Shown: positions 38,041-48,313, numbered from the stretch's first letter. The stretch is 64,000 nucleotides of DNA from Planctomycetota bacterium (GCA_031409275.1 JANNXA010000051.1:288001-352000); one strand, 5' to 3'. Translations and numbers: made by a program. The notes: a model not told the origin generated them from the sequence alone.

Positions 38041-38162
38041 GCGACACCTCGACGCACCGGGGAACGGGGCGGCGCAACTTACCCAGGCGCCGACCGCGGT
38101 CACCCGCTTGGCCGGAGGTCGACTCAGGCGGCACGGCGACGCCGGCCGATAGAGCGATCCTC

Positions 38163-39020
38163 ATGGCTCGCTTCCAAGAACATCGCCGCCACGCCGCCGC
38201 CCCTTTCGCCGACCTCGCACCGCTCGTCAGCGGCCTAGCGCATCCCGGCGACCCGAGCGAACACGAGCCGACGCCCGCACGCGCCGTCGAGATGGTGAAG
38301 GAGCCGTGGCGGATCTTCCGCATCCTCTCGGAGTTCGTGGACGGCATCGACGCGATGCGCGACGTCAAGCCGGCGGTGTCGATCTTCGGCAGCGCACGCA
38401 CGAAGCGGAACGACCGCTGGTATGGCGCGGCGCGGCGCATGGGACGCGAACTCGCGCGACGCGGCTTCTCGATCGTGACGGGCGGCGGCCCTGGAATCAT
38501 GGAAGCGGCCAATCGCGGCGCGCAGGAAGGCGGCGGCCGCTCGATCGGCCTCAACATCCACCTGCAGAACGAGCAGGCGCCCAATCGCTACCAGGACCTC
38601 GAACTCCACTTCCGCTACTTCTTCGTGCGCAAGTTCCACTTCGTGAAGCACTCCTCCGCGTTCGTCAATTTTCCCGGCGGCTTCGGGACGATGGACGAGC
38701 TGTTCGAGGCGCTCACGCTGATCCAGACCGACAAGGTCCGCGCGATGCCCGTCGTGCTGATCGGCAAGGAGTACTGGCGCGGGTTGCTCCATTGGCTGCG
38801 CGGCACGATGGCGCGCGAGCGCAACATCCACCTCACCGACCTCGACCTCTTCCACGTCACGGATGACCTCGACGAAGCGGCCGAGCTCGTCGAGCGCTCC
38901 GTGCGCGCGCAGCTGCCGCTCGTCGAAGCGCTGCAGCAGGTGCGCAGCGAAGCGCGACTCCACCGCAGCCGCAAGCCGGCGCGGCGACCGAAGCGATCGC
39001 CGGCCACCGCGCGCTCGTAG
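38163..39020 (+). CDS. LOG family nucleotide monophosphate phosphoribohydrolase (TIGR00730-like)
   Basis: FGSAR, TGGGPGIMEAANRGA, FFVRK, PGGFGTMDE. Confidence 0.93.
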   Translation: MARFQEHRRHAAAPFADLAPLVSGLAHPGDPSEHEPTPARAVEMVKEPWRIFRILSEFVDGIDAMRDVKPAVSIFGSARTKRNDRWYGAARRMGRELARRGFSIVTGGGPGIMEAANRGAQEGGGRSIGLNIHLQNEQAPNRYQDLELHFRYFFVRKFHFVKHSSAFVNFPGGFGTMDELFEALTLIQTDKVRAMPVVLIGKEYWRGLLHWLRGTMARERNIHLTDLDLFHVTDDLDEAAELVERSVRAQLPLVEALQQVRSEARLHRSRKPARRPKRSPATARS

Positions 39021-39077
39021 CTAGCATCCGCACGCATCGCGCCGGGCCGATGGCGTGAAGGGAGCGGGAGGGGTGGC

Positions 39078-41774
39078 GTGCGAGCGGAAGCGAAGGCGGC
39101 GATCGTCTGCCTGCTCGGCAGCCTGCTGTGGTTCCTGCCGTGGCTGCTGCCCGGCAAGGCGCTGCTCGGCGTCCATCCGGGACTGCTGCGCCCCTATCAA
39201 GAGGGGCTCGATGCGGCGACGATCGCCGAGCTGAAGGAAGTCTCCCACCCGCTCTACCTCGACAAGCTGCTGCAGCACGATCCGGAAGTCCGCTTCAGCA
39301 ACCAGGCCAGCGGTCCGGTGCCGAGCTGGAATCCATGGGTACTCGGCGGCGTGCCTCACATCGCGCAAGGGCTCGCGTCGCCGCTCTATCCGCCGTTGTG
39401 GCTGGCGCGCTTCATTCCGGCGCCACGCTGTTACGCGTGGATCGCCGCGTTGCAGATGGCGCTCGCCGGCTGGTTCACCTTTCGGATGCTGCTCGCGTTC
39501 GATGTCAGGACCGCGGGGGCGAGCGTCGGCGCCCTGCTCTTTGCGGCATCGGGCTGGATGTCGGTCCATCAGGAGTACTTCCAGCTCACGGCCGCAGCGA
39601 CCTGGCTGCCGCTCGCGATCGGCGGCGCCAAGCGACTGCTCGACCGCAAAGGGGGCGTCCTCTCCCTTTCCATCGCGATCGCCTGCTCGTTCCTCTCCGG
39701 CTTCCCGCAGATCGGCGTCTACACGCTGCTGGTGCCCGCGCTGCTGGCCGTCACGACCGCGGCGCTGCGACTGGCGCGACGACAGGAGCGGCTCGGCAAC
39801 ACCGCTGGCCACGCGATCCGATTCGGCGTGTCGGCCCTGCTCGGGCTCGCGCTGGCGTCCCCGCAGCTCCTCGCCACGGCCGAGTTCCTCCCCTACTCGA
39901 CGCGCCAGCCCTTCGACGCCACCCGCATCGACGAGCTGGCGCTGCCGCCGGCCGCGCTGCTCGGCGCCCTGCTGCCTGACGTGTTCACCCCGTCGTACAC
40001 GCAGGCGGATCAGGAAGCGGAGGTCGCTCGCGCCGCGCGCGAAGAGCGTTCGCCCTGGATGGACACGCTTTGGGCCCGCGCCCTGCTCGACTCGCTCCGA
40101 GGCGAGCGGATGGTGAATCGCTTCGAGATCACCTTTGCGCTCGGCCCGACCGCGCTGCTGCTGGCGTTGCTCGGGCTTTGGCGCGGGCGACGCGGCACGC
40201 GAGCGTTCTTCGCGCTGCTGCTGCTGGCCGGCCTGGCGCTGGCGCTGCGTTCGCCACTGCTGCACGCGTTGGCGCACGTGCCGGGACTCAACGTCGGCGA
40301 CCCCAAACGCGCGCTGTTGCTGGTCACGATGGCGCTCGTGGGCCTCGCCGCGCTTGGCAGCGAAGCGCTGTGGCACGAGCTTGAAACGCGCCGGCTCGCG
40401 CTGAGTCTGTTGCTGACGCAGGTGGCGCTGCTGCTGCTCGCGGCCGGCGCCACCGCGTTGATCCCGCTTGCGACCCTGCGCGACTTCGCGAGCGCACCGA
40501 TCGCACGCAGCGTCGGCGTGCCCACCGCGGTCATCGCCGAGGCGCTGCGCGATTCGATCCTCGGTGGACAGCGTGCCGCGCTCGGCCGCGAGTTGCTCGT
40601 CGCGGCGATCTGGTCGGCGCTGGCATGGTGCGTCCTGGTGTGGCTCCATCGCGAACTGGGGCGACGCGCGATCGATGACGGCGCCATCGCCGACGTGCGC
40701 CCCGCGACGGGGCGTGGCCAGCTGCGCTCGGCGCTGCCGGCCGGCGCCTGCCTCACGGCACTCGCGCTGCCACTCGCCTGGTTGTGGGCCGATACCACGA
40801 GCCCGATTCCGACCGCCGGCCTCGACGCGCGCCCGTCCGTGGTCGGCCATTTCCAGCAGCATCGTCCCCACGGTCGCCTGCTGCGCTTCGGACCGCATGG
40901 CGAGATGCCGCCGTGGCCGCCGAAGCTGCCGATGCTGACCGGCGTGCGCGACGCACAGGGCTACGTCGCCGCGTACTCGCGCTACTGGCGCGACCTGTTC
41001 GAGGCGATCGAGCCGGGTTGCACCTTGGCCGTTGCCGTGCTGCCGATCGAAGGGGCCGACGCACTCACGTTGCCGCTGATCGACCTGCTCGACATCGAGT
41101 ACGTGCTGGCGGCGCTGCCCGAATCGGCGAAGGTGCCGGGACTCGGGGGATTCGAGGTCGAGCCGCTCGACCCGCCGCCGCCGCCCGACGCCCCCGATCA
41201 GCTGACGCTGTGGCGCAACCTCGAGCCGTTCGGACGCGCGCGCATCCTCGACACCGTGTGCGTCGCGAAGAGCGACGCTGACGTCGTGGCCGCGCTGGCC
41301 GATCGCGGCTTTGCGCCGACGGAGCAGGCATGGATCGCCACCGCCGACGCCGCGCCGTTGCTGGCGGACCCGCAGTGGAGCCGCGCCGACAGCGGAAGCG
41401 ACGGCGTGCTCACCCTGCGTTTCGCTTCGAGCGGGAGCGAGGGTGAAAGCGCTGCGGGGCCCGCCGAGTCGCGCATCGAATGGCTGCACGAAACGGGCAA
41501 CGACCTGCGCCTGCGCGTCAATGGACGCGGCGGGCTGCTGGTGCAAAGCGACTGCTGGTACCCCGGCTGGACCGCGCGCGTCGATGGCCGCCCCGTCCCG
41601 CTGCTGCGCGTCGACCATGCGCTGCGGGGTTTCACCGTGCCGCCCGGTGAGCACGACGTGCAGATCCTCTACGTTCCGGGCCGGTTGCGGCTCGGCGTCT
41701 ACGCAGTGCCGGTCGCCGCGGTGCTCCTGATCCTGGCGGCTGCCACGCTCGGTCGCCGCCGCGTCCTCGTGTAG
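39078..41774 (+). CDS. YfhO-like polytopic membrane protein (GT-C fold candidate)
   Basis: PSWNPWVLGGVP...LYPP N-terminal motif; many TMs; C-terminal SDCWYPGWTARVDG...VPPGEH. Confidence 0.85.
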   Translation: MRAEAKAAIVCLLGSLLWFLPWLLPGKALLGVHPGLLRPYQEGLDAATIAELKEVSHPLYLDKLLQHDPEVRFSNQASGPVPSWNPWVLGGVPHIAQGLASPLYPPLWLARFIPAPRCYAWIAALQMALAGWFTFRMLLAFDVRTAGASVGALLFAASGWMSVHQEYFQLTAAATWLPLAIGGAKRLLDRKGGVLSLSIAIACSFLSGFPQIGVYTLLVPALLAVTTAALRLARRQERLGNTAGHAIRFGVSALLGLALASPQLLATAEFLPYSTRQPFDATRIDELALPPAALLGALLPDVFTPSYTQADQEAEVARAAREERSPWMDTLWARALLDSLRGERMVNRFEITFALGPTALLLALLGLWRGRRGTRAFFALLLLAGLALALRSPLLHALAHVPGLNVGDPKRALLLVTMALVGLAALGSEALWHELETRRLALSLLLTQVALLLLAAGATALIPLATLRDFASAPIARSVGVPTAVIAEALRDSILGGQRAALGRELLVAAIWSALAWCVLVWLHRELGRRAIDDGAIADVRPATGRGQLRSALPAGACLTALALPLAWLWADTTSPIPTAGLDARPSVVGHFQQHRPHGRLLRFGPHGEMPPWPPKLPMLTGVRDAQGYVAAYSRYWRDLFEAIEPGCTLAVAVLPIEGADALTLPLIDLLDIEYVLAALPESAKVPGLGGFEVEPLDPPPPPDAPDQLTLWRNLEPFGRARILDTVCVAKSDADVVAALADRGFAPTEQAWIATADAAPLLADPQWSRADSGSDGVLTLRFASSGSEGESAAGPAESRIEWLHETGNDLRLRVNGRGGLLVQSDCWYPGWTARVDGRPVPLLRVDHALRGFTVPPGEHDVQILYVPGRLRLGVYAVPVAAVLLILAAATLGRRRVLV

Positions 41775-41809
41775 CGGCACGCCTCGCGCGCGCCGCTATC
41801 GTCCGCTCG

Positions 41810-42940
41810 ATGGCGAACCCCTTCCGACTGCTCACGACCGACAAGTGCGGCGCGCGACGCGGCGAACTCCGATTCACGCGCGGCACGGTCTCGACTCCGA
41901 CCTTCATGCCGGTCGGCACCGCCGCCGCGGTGAAAGGGGTGACCGCGGCCCAGGTCGCCGAAACGAAGGCGGGCATCGTCCTCTCGAACACCTACCACCT
42001 CGCGCTGCAGCCAGGCTCCGACAAGATCGCCAAGCTCGGCGGGCTCCACGCCTTCATGGGCTGGAAAGGGCCGATGCTGACCGACAGCGGCGGCTTCCAG
42101 GTCTTCTCGCTGCCGAAGAAGTCGGTGAGCGAGGAGGGCGTCACCTTCGAGTTCGAGAAGGGCGGCGCGCCGATGAAGCTGTCGCCGGAACGCTCGATGG
42201 AGATCCAGGGCGAGCTCGGCAGCGACATCGCGATGGTCTTCGACGAATGCCTCGAATACCCGTGCAGCGAGGCGCGCGCCGCCGAGTCGATCGAGCGCAC
42301 CGCCCGCTGGGAGCGGCGCAGCCAGGCGGCGCATCGCAAGATCGCGCGCGAGGGGCAGCTCCTGTTCGGGATCGTGCAGGGGTCGACCTTCCCCCACCTC
42401 CGCAAGAAGAGCGCGCAGCAGATCACCGAGCTCGGCTTCGATGGCTACGCGATCGGAGGCGTCAGCGTCGGCGAAGGCATCGAGCTGCTGAAGAAGATCA
42501 CGGGCTGGACCGCGCCCTTCCTGCCGACCGACCAGGCGCGCTACTTGATGGGCGTCGGCTTGCCGGAGGACATCTTCGCGGCGGTCGAGCGCGGCATCGA
42601 CATGTTCGACTGCGTGATCCCGACCCGCTACGCGCGCGGCGGCACGCTCTTCACCGCGCGCGGCCGGATCCGCATCGAGCACCGCAAGTACCGGCGCGAC
42701 GGCTATCCGATCGACACCAGCTGCGACTGCTACACCTGCACCAGCGTGCCGCGCGCCTACCTGCACCATCTCTTCGAGATTCGCGAGCCGCTCGGCGAGA
42801 CGCTCGCGAGCATCCACAACCTGCGCTTCTATCAGCGGATGATGGAGCGGATCCGGGAGGCGATCGAGCTTTGCCGCTTTGCGGAGCTGCGCGACGAGTT
42901 CCTCGGAGCACTCGAGCAGACCGAACCCGCCGATCGCTGA
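41810..42940 (+). CDS. tgt: Queuine tRNA-ribosyltransferase
   Basis: TPTFMPVGT, NTYHL, TDSGGFQVFSL, GIVQG, DMFDCVIPTR, CDCYTC...HNL Zn site. Confidence 0.97.
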   Translation: MANPFRLLTTDKCGARRGELRFTRGTVSTPTFMPVGTAAAVKGVTAAQVAETKAGIVLSNTYHLALQPGSDKIAKLGGLHAFMGWKGPMLTDSGGFQVFSLPKKSVSEEGVTFEFEKGGAPMKLSPERSMEIQGELGSDIAMVFDECLEYPCSEARAAESIERTARWERRSQAAHRKIAREGQLLFGIVQGSTFPHLRKKSAQQITELGFDGYAIGGVSVGEGIELLKKITGWTAPFLPTDQARYLMGVGLPEDIFAAVERGIDMFDCVIPTRYARGGTLFTARGRIRIEHRKYRRDGYPIDTSCDCYTCTSVPRAYLHHLFEIREPLGETLASIHNLRFYQRMMERIREAIELCRFAELRDEFLGALEQTEPADR

Positions 42941-42974
42941 ACGGCGCGCGCTGATTTGGCGTGCGCTGGCCCAC

Positions 42975-43008
42975 GGCGCCCGCGGAGCAATCGTGCGCCG
43001 CGGGCACC
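42975..43008. terminator. GC hairpin between convergent tgt and bL37-like genes
   Basis: GGCGCCCGCGG...CCGCGGGCACC inverted repeat; no U-tract. Confidence 0.4.
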
Positions 43009-43018
43009 GGAGCGGAGG

Positions 43019-43123
43019 CTATCGGTAGCCCTTGAAGTGCGCGCGATTGCGCTTCTGGCGCCGCGGATTGCACGCGCGCTTGCCGTGGTTCGCCTTCTTC
43101 GTCCGCCGACGCGGCTTGGCCAT
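43019..43123 (-). CDS. bL37-like small ribosomal protein (34 aa)
   Basis: Not in ORF track. MAKPRRRTKKANHGKRACNPRRQKRNRAHFKGYR; KANHGKR motif; strong SD GAAGGAG 9 nt upstream. Confidence 0.85.
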   Translation of the reverse strand: MAKPRRRTKKANHGKRACNPRRQKRNRAHFKGYR

Positions 43124-43299
43124 GACACCGATCTCCTTCATCCATCCCGCGCGGCGCCGCGAGGGCGCGGCGAAGCGACAAGCCAACGGCTCGCCCAGGG
43201 GGCGGACCGATCATTGGAAAAACGGCGCGAGAGGCTAGCGACTGCCGACCCAAAGCGCAGCCCGTCGCCTTCCGCCTCGCCGCGAAGGAGAGGAGATCG

Positions 43300-43893
43300 T
43301 CAGCTGGCCGCGTCGCTCCACGCGCCGGAGGCGGCTCCAGGGGCCGTCTCTTGCTGCAGCTCTTCGAGCAGCCCGTGGAGGCGCCCCGCCTCGCTGCCGA
43401 CGACGTCGAGGAAGGCGGAACGGGTGCGCCGTCGCTCCAGGTCGAGGGCGCGGGCAAGCTCGCCGCCTCCGTGGGCCGGTTCGCCGGCGGCGCCCTGAGC
43501 GATCTCGCGGACCTGCGCCACCATGCGCCGCAACGCCCGCTCCGCCTCCTGGATGGCCGAGAGGTCGAAGACGAGGCGGGCCGTGCCGTTCACCCGACCG
43601 CCGGCGTCGCGCAGCGGCAGCATCGTCTGCAGGCAGGAGAGGATGGCGCCGTCCCGGCGGACGTACTTGAGGAGCGTGTCGCGGACCGTCGCGCCCGCGC
43701 TGACGTCGGAGAGATTCTGCGCGTCGACGGCGCGATGCTTCTCGTGCAGCAGTTCGGCGAGCGGCCGCCCGAGGATTTCGCGCTCGCGCCAGCCGAAGAG
43801 CGCCTGAGCGCCGCGACTCCAGCCGAGCAGACGGCCATCGAGCGCCGTGGTGATCAAAGCGTCCTGAGGACGCAGAGCAGCAGCGTCATCCAT
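43300..43893 (-). CDS. PAS-domain protein without a recognisable output domain
   Basis: DALITTALDGRLLGWSRGAQALFGW, RRDG, PLRDAGGRV, then coiled coil; AGGAG upstream of ATG 43893. Confidence 0.8.
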   Translation of the reverse strand: MDDAAALRPQDALITTALDGRLLGWSRGAQALFGWREREILGRPLAELLHEKHRAVDAQNLSDVSAGATVRDTLLKYVRRDGAILSCLQTMLPLRDAGGRVNGTARLVFDLSAIQEAERALRRMVAQVREIAQGAAGEPAHGGGELARALDLERRRTRSAFLDVVGSEAGRLHGLLEELQQETAPGAASGAWSDAAS

Positions 43894-44000
43894 CTTCTTG
43901 GGCTCCTGAACGCGTAGATCGGTCGGCGCGCGGGCGATGCTCAAGTCCCCGGCGGCTGCCCCCGACACACTTCCAGCTACTCGCTAAGGTCGCGCCCCCC

Positions 44001-45092
44001 ATGCTCCGCACGATCGCCCTCCTCGCCGTCCTGCACGCGGCGGCCGCGCCTCCCTCCGTCGCGCGCCACCACGACACCGACTCCTACGCCCACCTGAGCC
44101 TCGACGCCTCCGGCGCGGAGCTGCGCCTCGAGCTCGACACCGATTCGCTGATGGCCGAGGTCGAAGCGCTGCCGCCGCTGACCGAGGATTGGGAGGCGGC
44201 CGACGTCACCGCCGTGCTGCCGCGCATCGCCGAGTTCGTCGCCGATCACTGGCAGCTCGAACTCGACGGCGCGCCGGTCGCGTTGGCCGAGCACGGATTC
44301 GAGCTGCTGCGGACGTTCGATCCGATGCAGCGAGCCGAACGCAACGTGCGCGTCGTGTTGCGCCTCACCTTCACGCCGCCGCCGAGAAGCGCAGCAGCGA
44401 CGCTTCGCCAGACGCTGTTCGCGGGCCGCGAGCTCGACCATCGCCACACGCTCCTGCTCGCGGTGGGCGACGACGAGCCGATCGAATGGCGCGTCCGCAA
44501 CGGCACGCCCTTCCACTTCACCCTGCCCGACGTGGCGCCGGGCGCGCATCGGCGCGCGCTGCGCGACGCGTTGCATGGCGGCCTCTGGCACGCGACTCGT
44601 CAACCGTGGCTCGCCGCCTTCATGCTGGTGCTGCTGCTCGCGCCGCTCCCGCGTCGTGAGCGTGCGCGATCGATGGTGGCGGCTGCGGCCGCTGCCGCGC
44701 TGACCTGGTCCGCCACGCGCCTGGGCTGGATCGCACCGTCGCCATGGGCTGCGACCGCGGCTGCCGCGCTCGCCATCGCCTACGTCGCCGGCGAGAACTG
44801 CTTCGTCCGCGAACTCAAGTTGCGCACCGCCACCGCGGCGCTGTTCGGCGTGGTCGAGGGCATGGCGCTCGAAGCGCCGAGCCGCTCGCCCGCGACGGCC
44901 ACCTTCGCGACCGGCGCCGCGTGGTGCCTCGGCGCGCTGCTCGCGGCCAGCGCAATCGGCGCGATGGCGACGCTGCTGCTGCAGCCGCTGTGTCGCCGCT
45001 TTCCGTGGCTGCGCCCCATCACCGCAGGAGCGCTGGTCACCTTGGGCGCGATCGGCCTGTTCCTGGCCGTGCGCGGCCGACCAGGCGCCTGA
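44001..45092 (+). CDS. Exported domain fused to a divergent HupE/UreJ-like membrane domain
   Basis: Signal peptide, ARHHDTDS, then TM region with IAYVAGEN and LFGVVEGMA. Confidence 0.55.
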   Translation: MLRTIALLAVLHAAAAPPSVARHHDTDSYAHLSLDASGAELRLELDTDSLMAEVEALPPLTEDWEAADVTAVLPRIAEFVADHWQLELDGAPVALAEHGFELLRTFDPMQRAERNVRVVLRLTFTPPPRSAAATLRQTLFAGRELDHRHTLLLAVGDDEPIEWRVRNGTPFHFTLPDVAPGAHRRALRDALHGGLWHATRQPWLAAFMLVLLLAPLPRRERARSMVAAAAAAALTWSATRLGWIAPSPWAATAAAALAIAYVAGENCFVRELKLRTATAALFGVVEGMALEAPSRSPATATFATGAAWCLGALLAASAIGAMATLLLQPLCRRFPWLRPITAGALVTLGAIGLFLAVRGRPGA

Positions 45093-45102
45093 TCGCCGCG
45101 CG

Positions 45103-46521
45103 TCACTGGTAGCCGAGCTTGCGCAGTTGCGCGGCCATCTCGGGACTGACGTTGCCTCCCTGCGCCGCCGCCACGGCGGTCGCGCGCACCCATTCGTCGA
45201 ACGCCGCTTCGAGCGCGCGCGCGACATCGGCGTGGTCGGCGACGACGTCGTGCTGTTCGGCCGGGTCCGCTTCGAGGTTGAAGAGCTGGCGCGGAGTGCC
45301 TTCGCGAAGCACCAGCTTGAAGCGACCGGAGCGGATCACCGCCGCCTCCGGGTCACCGCCCGCCTTGCCTTCGAAGTGCGTGGGGAGCGTGGCGATCGCG
45401 TGGCGACTCCACTCGACCTCGGGCCCGGTTCCTGCCGCGGCCGCGATCAACGGCGTGCAATCGCGCCCCTCGACTTCGACGGGCAACAGCTCGCCGAGCG
45501 TCGCGAGCAGCGACGGCACCAGGTCGACGTGCTGCACGACCGGCTCGACGACGACTCCAGCCGGCACGCCGGGACCGCGCCAGAGCAGCGGCACGTGCAA
45601 CGTCGACTCGTCGATGACCGGCGCATGGAAGCCGAGCGTGCTCCCCTCGAGGCTCTCCCCGTGGTCAGCGACCACGACGACGAGCGCCTGCTCCCACGCG
45701 CCCGCCGCTTCCAGGGCGCTGCGGATCTCTCCGAACCGAGCGTCGGTGAAAGCGACCGCTGCGTCGTAGCGATCGCGGTAGCGCGCCGCGAACTCGGGCG
45801 GAGCGGTCACCTCGCCGGTCCGCAGTTTCTCCATCGAACGGAAATCGTCCTGCAACGGACCGTCGTAGCGATGGGTGACGAAGCGCTGGTACTCGTCGGG
45901 GAAGTCGTGCGGCCCGTGCGGGATGAAGAGGTGGGTCCAGGCGAAGCGGCGCCGGCCGCGGGTCGCGGCCAGGAACTGGCGCAGGGTCCGAACGATGCGC
46001 TCGGCGCGTCGCCCCTGGTCGAAGCCGTAACCGTCGAATCCCTGGACGAGGTTGATCTCGGCGAAGTTGAAGGCATTGAAGAACGCGCCGGTCGCGAAGC
46101 CGAGCCCCTGGAAGCGCTCGGCCAGCGTCAGCAACGAGTCGCTCGCCTTCATGAAGTTGCTGGTGACGCCGTGCAGTCGCGGCGACAGGCCGGTGAAGAG
46201 CGCGGCGTGGGCAGGCGCGGTGCACGGCATCGGTGCCATCGCGTTGGCGAAGCGTGCCCCTTCGCGAGCGAGCCGGTCGAGGTTCGGCGTGAGTCCGCGC
46301 GGGTTCCCGTAGCAGCCGAGCCGGTCGGCGCGCAGCGTGTCGAGCGTGACCAGGATGATGTCCTGCGGCGCATTCGCGACCGTTGTCGCCGCTGGCGTCG
46401 GAGCGGACGCCGGGTCGCGCCGCTCGACTTCGTCGCCGCAGCTCGAAAGCTCGACGCAAAGCAGCAGCGCGAGGAGTCGCGACGCAAGCGAAGTTCGGTT
46501 CAGGACACTAGATGAGCCCAT
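45103..46521 (-). CDS. Sulfatase-fold lipoprotein
   Basis: Lipobox-like LSSC; TLDTLRAD, PCTAPAHAALFTG, PHGPH, ADHGE, LRKLGY. Start uncertain. Confidence 0.85.
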   Translation of the reverse strand: MGSSSVLNRTSLASRLLALLLCVELSSCGDEVERRDPASAPTPAATTVANAPQDIILVTLDTLRADRLGCYGNPRGLTPNLDRLAREGARFANAMAPMPCTAPAHAALFTGLSPRLHGVTSNFMKASDSLLTLAERFQGLGFATGAFFNAFNFAEINLVQGFDGYGFDQGRRAERIVRTLRQFLAATRGRRRFAWTHLFIPHGPHDFPDEYQRFVTHRYDGPLQDDFRSMEKLRTGEVTAPPEFAARYRDRYDAAVAFTDARFGEIRSALEAAGAWEQALVVVVADHGESLEGSTLGFHAPVIDESTLHVPLLWRGPGVPAGVVVEPVVQHVDLVPSLLATLGELLPVEVEGRDCTPLIAAAAGTGPEVEWSRHAIATLPTHFEGKAGGDPEAAVIRSGRFKLVLREGTPRQLFNLEADPAEQHDVVADHADVARALEAAFDEWVRATAVAAAQGGNVSPEMAAQLRKLGYQ

Positions 46522-48136
46522 AGCGCTTGAGCCGGTTGTAGAAGGTGCGGCGCGGCAATCCGAGCAGTCGAGCGGCCTCGACCCGTTTCCCGTGCGCGAC
46601 TTCGAGCGCCTGCCGAATCGCCTCTTTCTCGAGCTCCTCGAGCGTTCTTCCACCCAACGTGAACTGGTTCTGCTTGGTCCCTTCGCCGAGGCTGCGCAAC
46701 ATCCGCGCGTCGATCGTGTCGTTCGACAGGACGGCGAGCTTCAACATCTCGTTGCGCAGTTCGCGGACATTGCCGGGCCACGCGTACTGCACCAGCGCCG
46801 CAAGCGCCTCCTCGGTGAGGCGCGGCACCGGACGCGCGGTCTCCTTGGTCGCCTCCTGGAGGAAGTGGTCGACCAGGGCCGGGATGTCGCCGCGACGCTC
46901 GCGCAACGGCGGTACGCGCACGCACATCACCTTCAAGCGGAAGTAGAGATCTTCGCGGAAGCTGCCGTCCTCGAGCTTCTTCGCCAGATCGGCGTTGGTC
47001 GCCGAGAGGATTCGCACGTCGACCTTGATCGCCTCACGGCCGCCGACCTTGCGGAACTCCCCTTCCTGCAGGACGCGCAGCAGCTTGCGCTGCATGGAGA
47101 GGTCCATGTCGCCGATCTCGTCGAGGAAGAGCGTGCCGCCGTCGGCTTCCTCGAACAGCCCCTTCTTGTCGCGATCGGCTCCCGTGAAGGCACCCTTCGT
47201 GTAGCCGAAGAGCTCGGCCTCGAGGAGGTTCTCGGCGATCGCGGCGCAGTTCTCGGCGACGAATGCCTTTTCGCGCCGGCGACCGAGGCGATGGATCGCG
47301 CGCGCGACGACCTCCTTGCCGACGCCGCTCTCGCCGAGGATCAGGACCGGGTAATCGGTCTCCACCACGACGTCGAGCAGTCGCAGCAGATCGAGCATCG
47401 CCGGCGAACGGCCGATCAGCTCCGGATAGTCGTGGCGCGGCGGCGTCGCATCGGGTCGCTGACTGAGCGCGTCGCGCATCGACTGCAGCTCGACCTCCTG
47501 GACGGCGACCTTCTCGGAGAGCTTGCCATTCAGCTGCTCGAGCTCGCGACGCGCGGCGGCGTTCTGCGCCAGCAAGCGGGCGTTGTCGACCGCGACCGCC
47601 GCCTGGTCGCCGAAGAGCTCCATCAACTGCTGGTGCTCGTCGTTGAAGGTGCCGCGCTGGAAGCGGTTGTCGAGGTAGAGGCAGCCGACCGTGGCGCCGC
47701 GCACGCGCAACGGGACCGCGAGGATCGAGACGAGGCGCATGCCGCTGATCGACTCGGAGGGACCGAGCGCAGGATCATCCAGAGCGCTCTCGATCCGCTG
47801 GGTGACGCCGCTGTCGACCACCTTGTGGATGACGGTCTTGCTGACCTTGCTGACCGCCGCGCGGACCTCCTCGCGATCGACGTTGCGCGAGGCGGCCACC
47901 GCCGGCTCGCCAGCCCCGACCGTGCAGAGGATCAGGAAGGCGCGCTCGGCGCCGGTCAGCTCGATCGCGGCGTCGAGGATTTTGGCGTAGAGGCGCCCCG
48001 CATCGAGCTCGGCCGCCAGCGCTCGGTTGATCTCGAGGAGCCGGCGAACCTGCCCGGCGGCCGCCACCGCCCCATCGCCGCCGCCCAGCCCGAACCAGGC
48101 GGCCAAACCGCGACGTGGTTCCTCACGGCCGCTCAT
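46508..48136 (-). CDS. GAF-domain sigma-54-dependent transcriptional activator
   Basis: GAF (SILAVPL..GCLYLD), GESGVGKE, ELFGYTKGAFTGA, FLDEIG, WPGNVRELRN, Fis-type HTH. Confidence 0.95.
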   Translation of the reverse strand: MSGREEPRRGLAAWFGLGGGDGAVAAAGQVRRLLEINRALAAELDAGRLYAKILDAAIELTGAERAFLILCTVGAGEPAVAASRNVDREEVRAAVSKVSKTVIHKVVDSGVTQRIESALDDPALGPSESISGMRLVSILAVPLRVRGATVGCLYLDNRFQRGTFNDEHQQLMELFGDQAAVAVDNARLLAQNAAARRELEQLNGKLSEKVAVQEVELQSMRDALSQRPDATPPRHDYPELIGRSPAMLDLLRLLDVVVETDYPVLILGESGVGKEVVARAIHRLGRRREKAFVAENCAAIAENLLEAELFGYTKGAFTGADRDKKGLFEEADGGTLFLDEIGDMDLSMQRKLLRVLQEGEFRKVGGREAIKVDVRILSATNADLAKKLEDGSFREDLYFRLKVMCVRVPPLRERRGDIPALVDHFLQEATKETARPVPRLTEEALAALVQYAWPGNVRELRNEMLKLAVLSNDTIDARMLRSLGEGTKQNQFTLGGRTLEELEKEAIRQALEVAHGKRVEAARLLGLPRRTFYNRLKRYGLI

Positions 48137-48313
48137 GCGCGAGCTCCAGAACCATCGCGCCACCAGCCGATCTTCCTGACCGCCATCGAGGTTGCTCTAA
48201 TCGCGCGGCCTTCGGAACCCGTGGACCTCCCCATCAGGTTCGTCACGCTCCCGCTCGCGGGGGGCCGTGATCGCGCCGGATGATACGCCACGCCAACGTG
48301 AGCCTGACCGACG

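Noticed and set aside
39021..41780. 919-aa minus-strand ORF and similar long antisense ORFs (14430-16307, 46337-48283, 51231-53066, 53395-55746)
   Set aside because: Mirror frames of well-supported genes, expected from high-GC codon bias; no motifs of their own.
48137..48313. Sigma-54 promoter between the activator and the polyferredoxin
   Set aside because: No convincing TGGCAC-N5-TTGC match was found on either strand.
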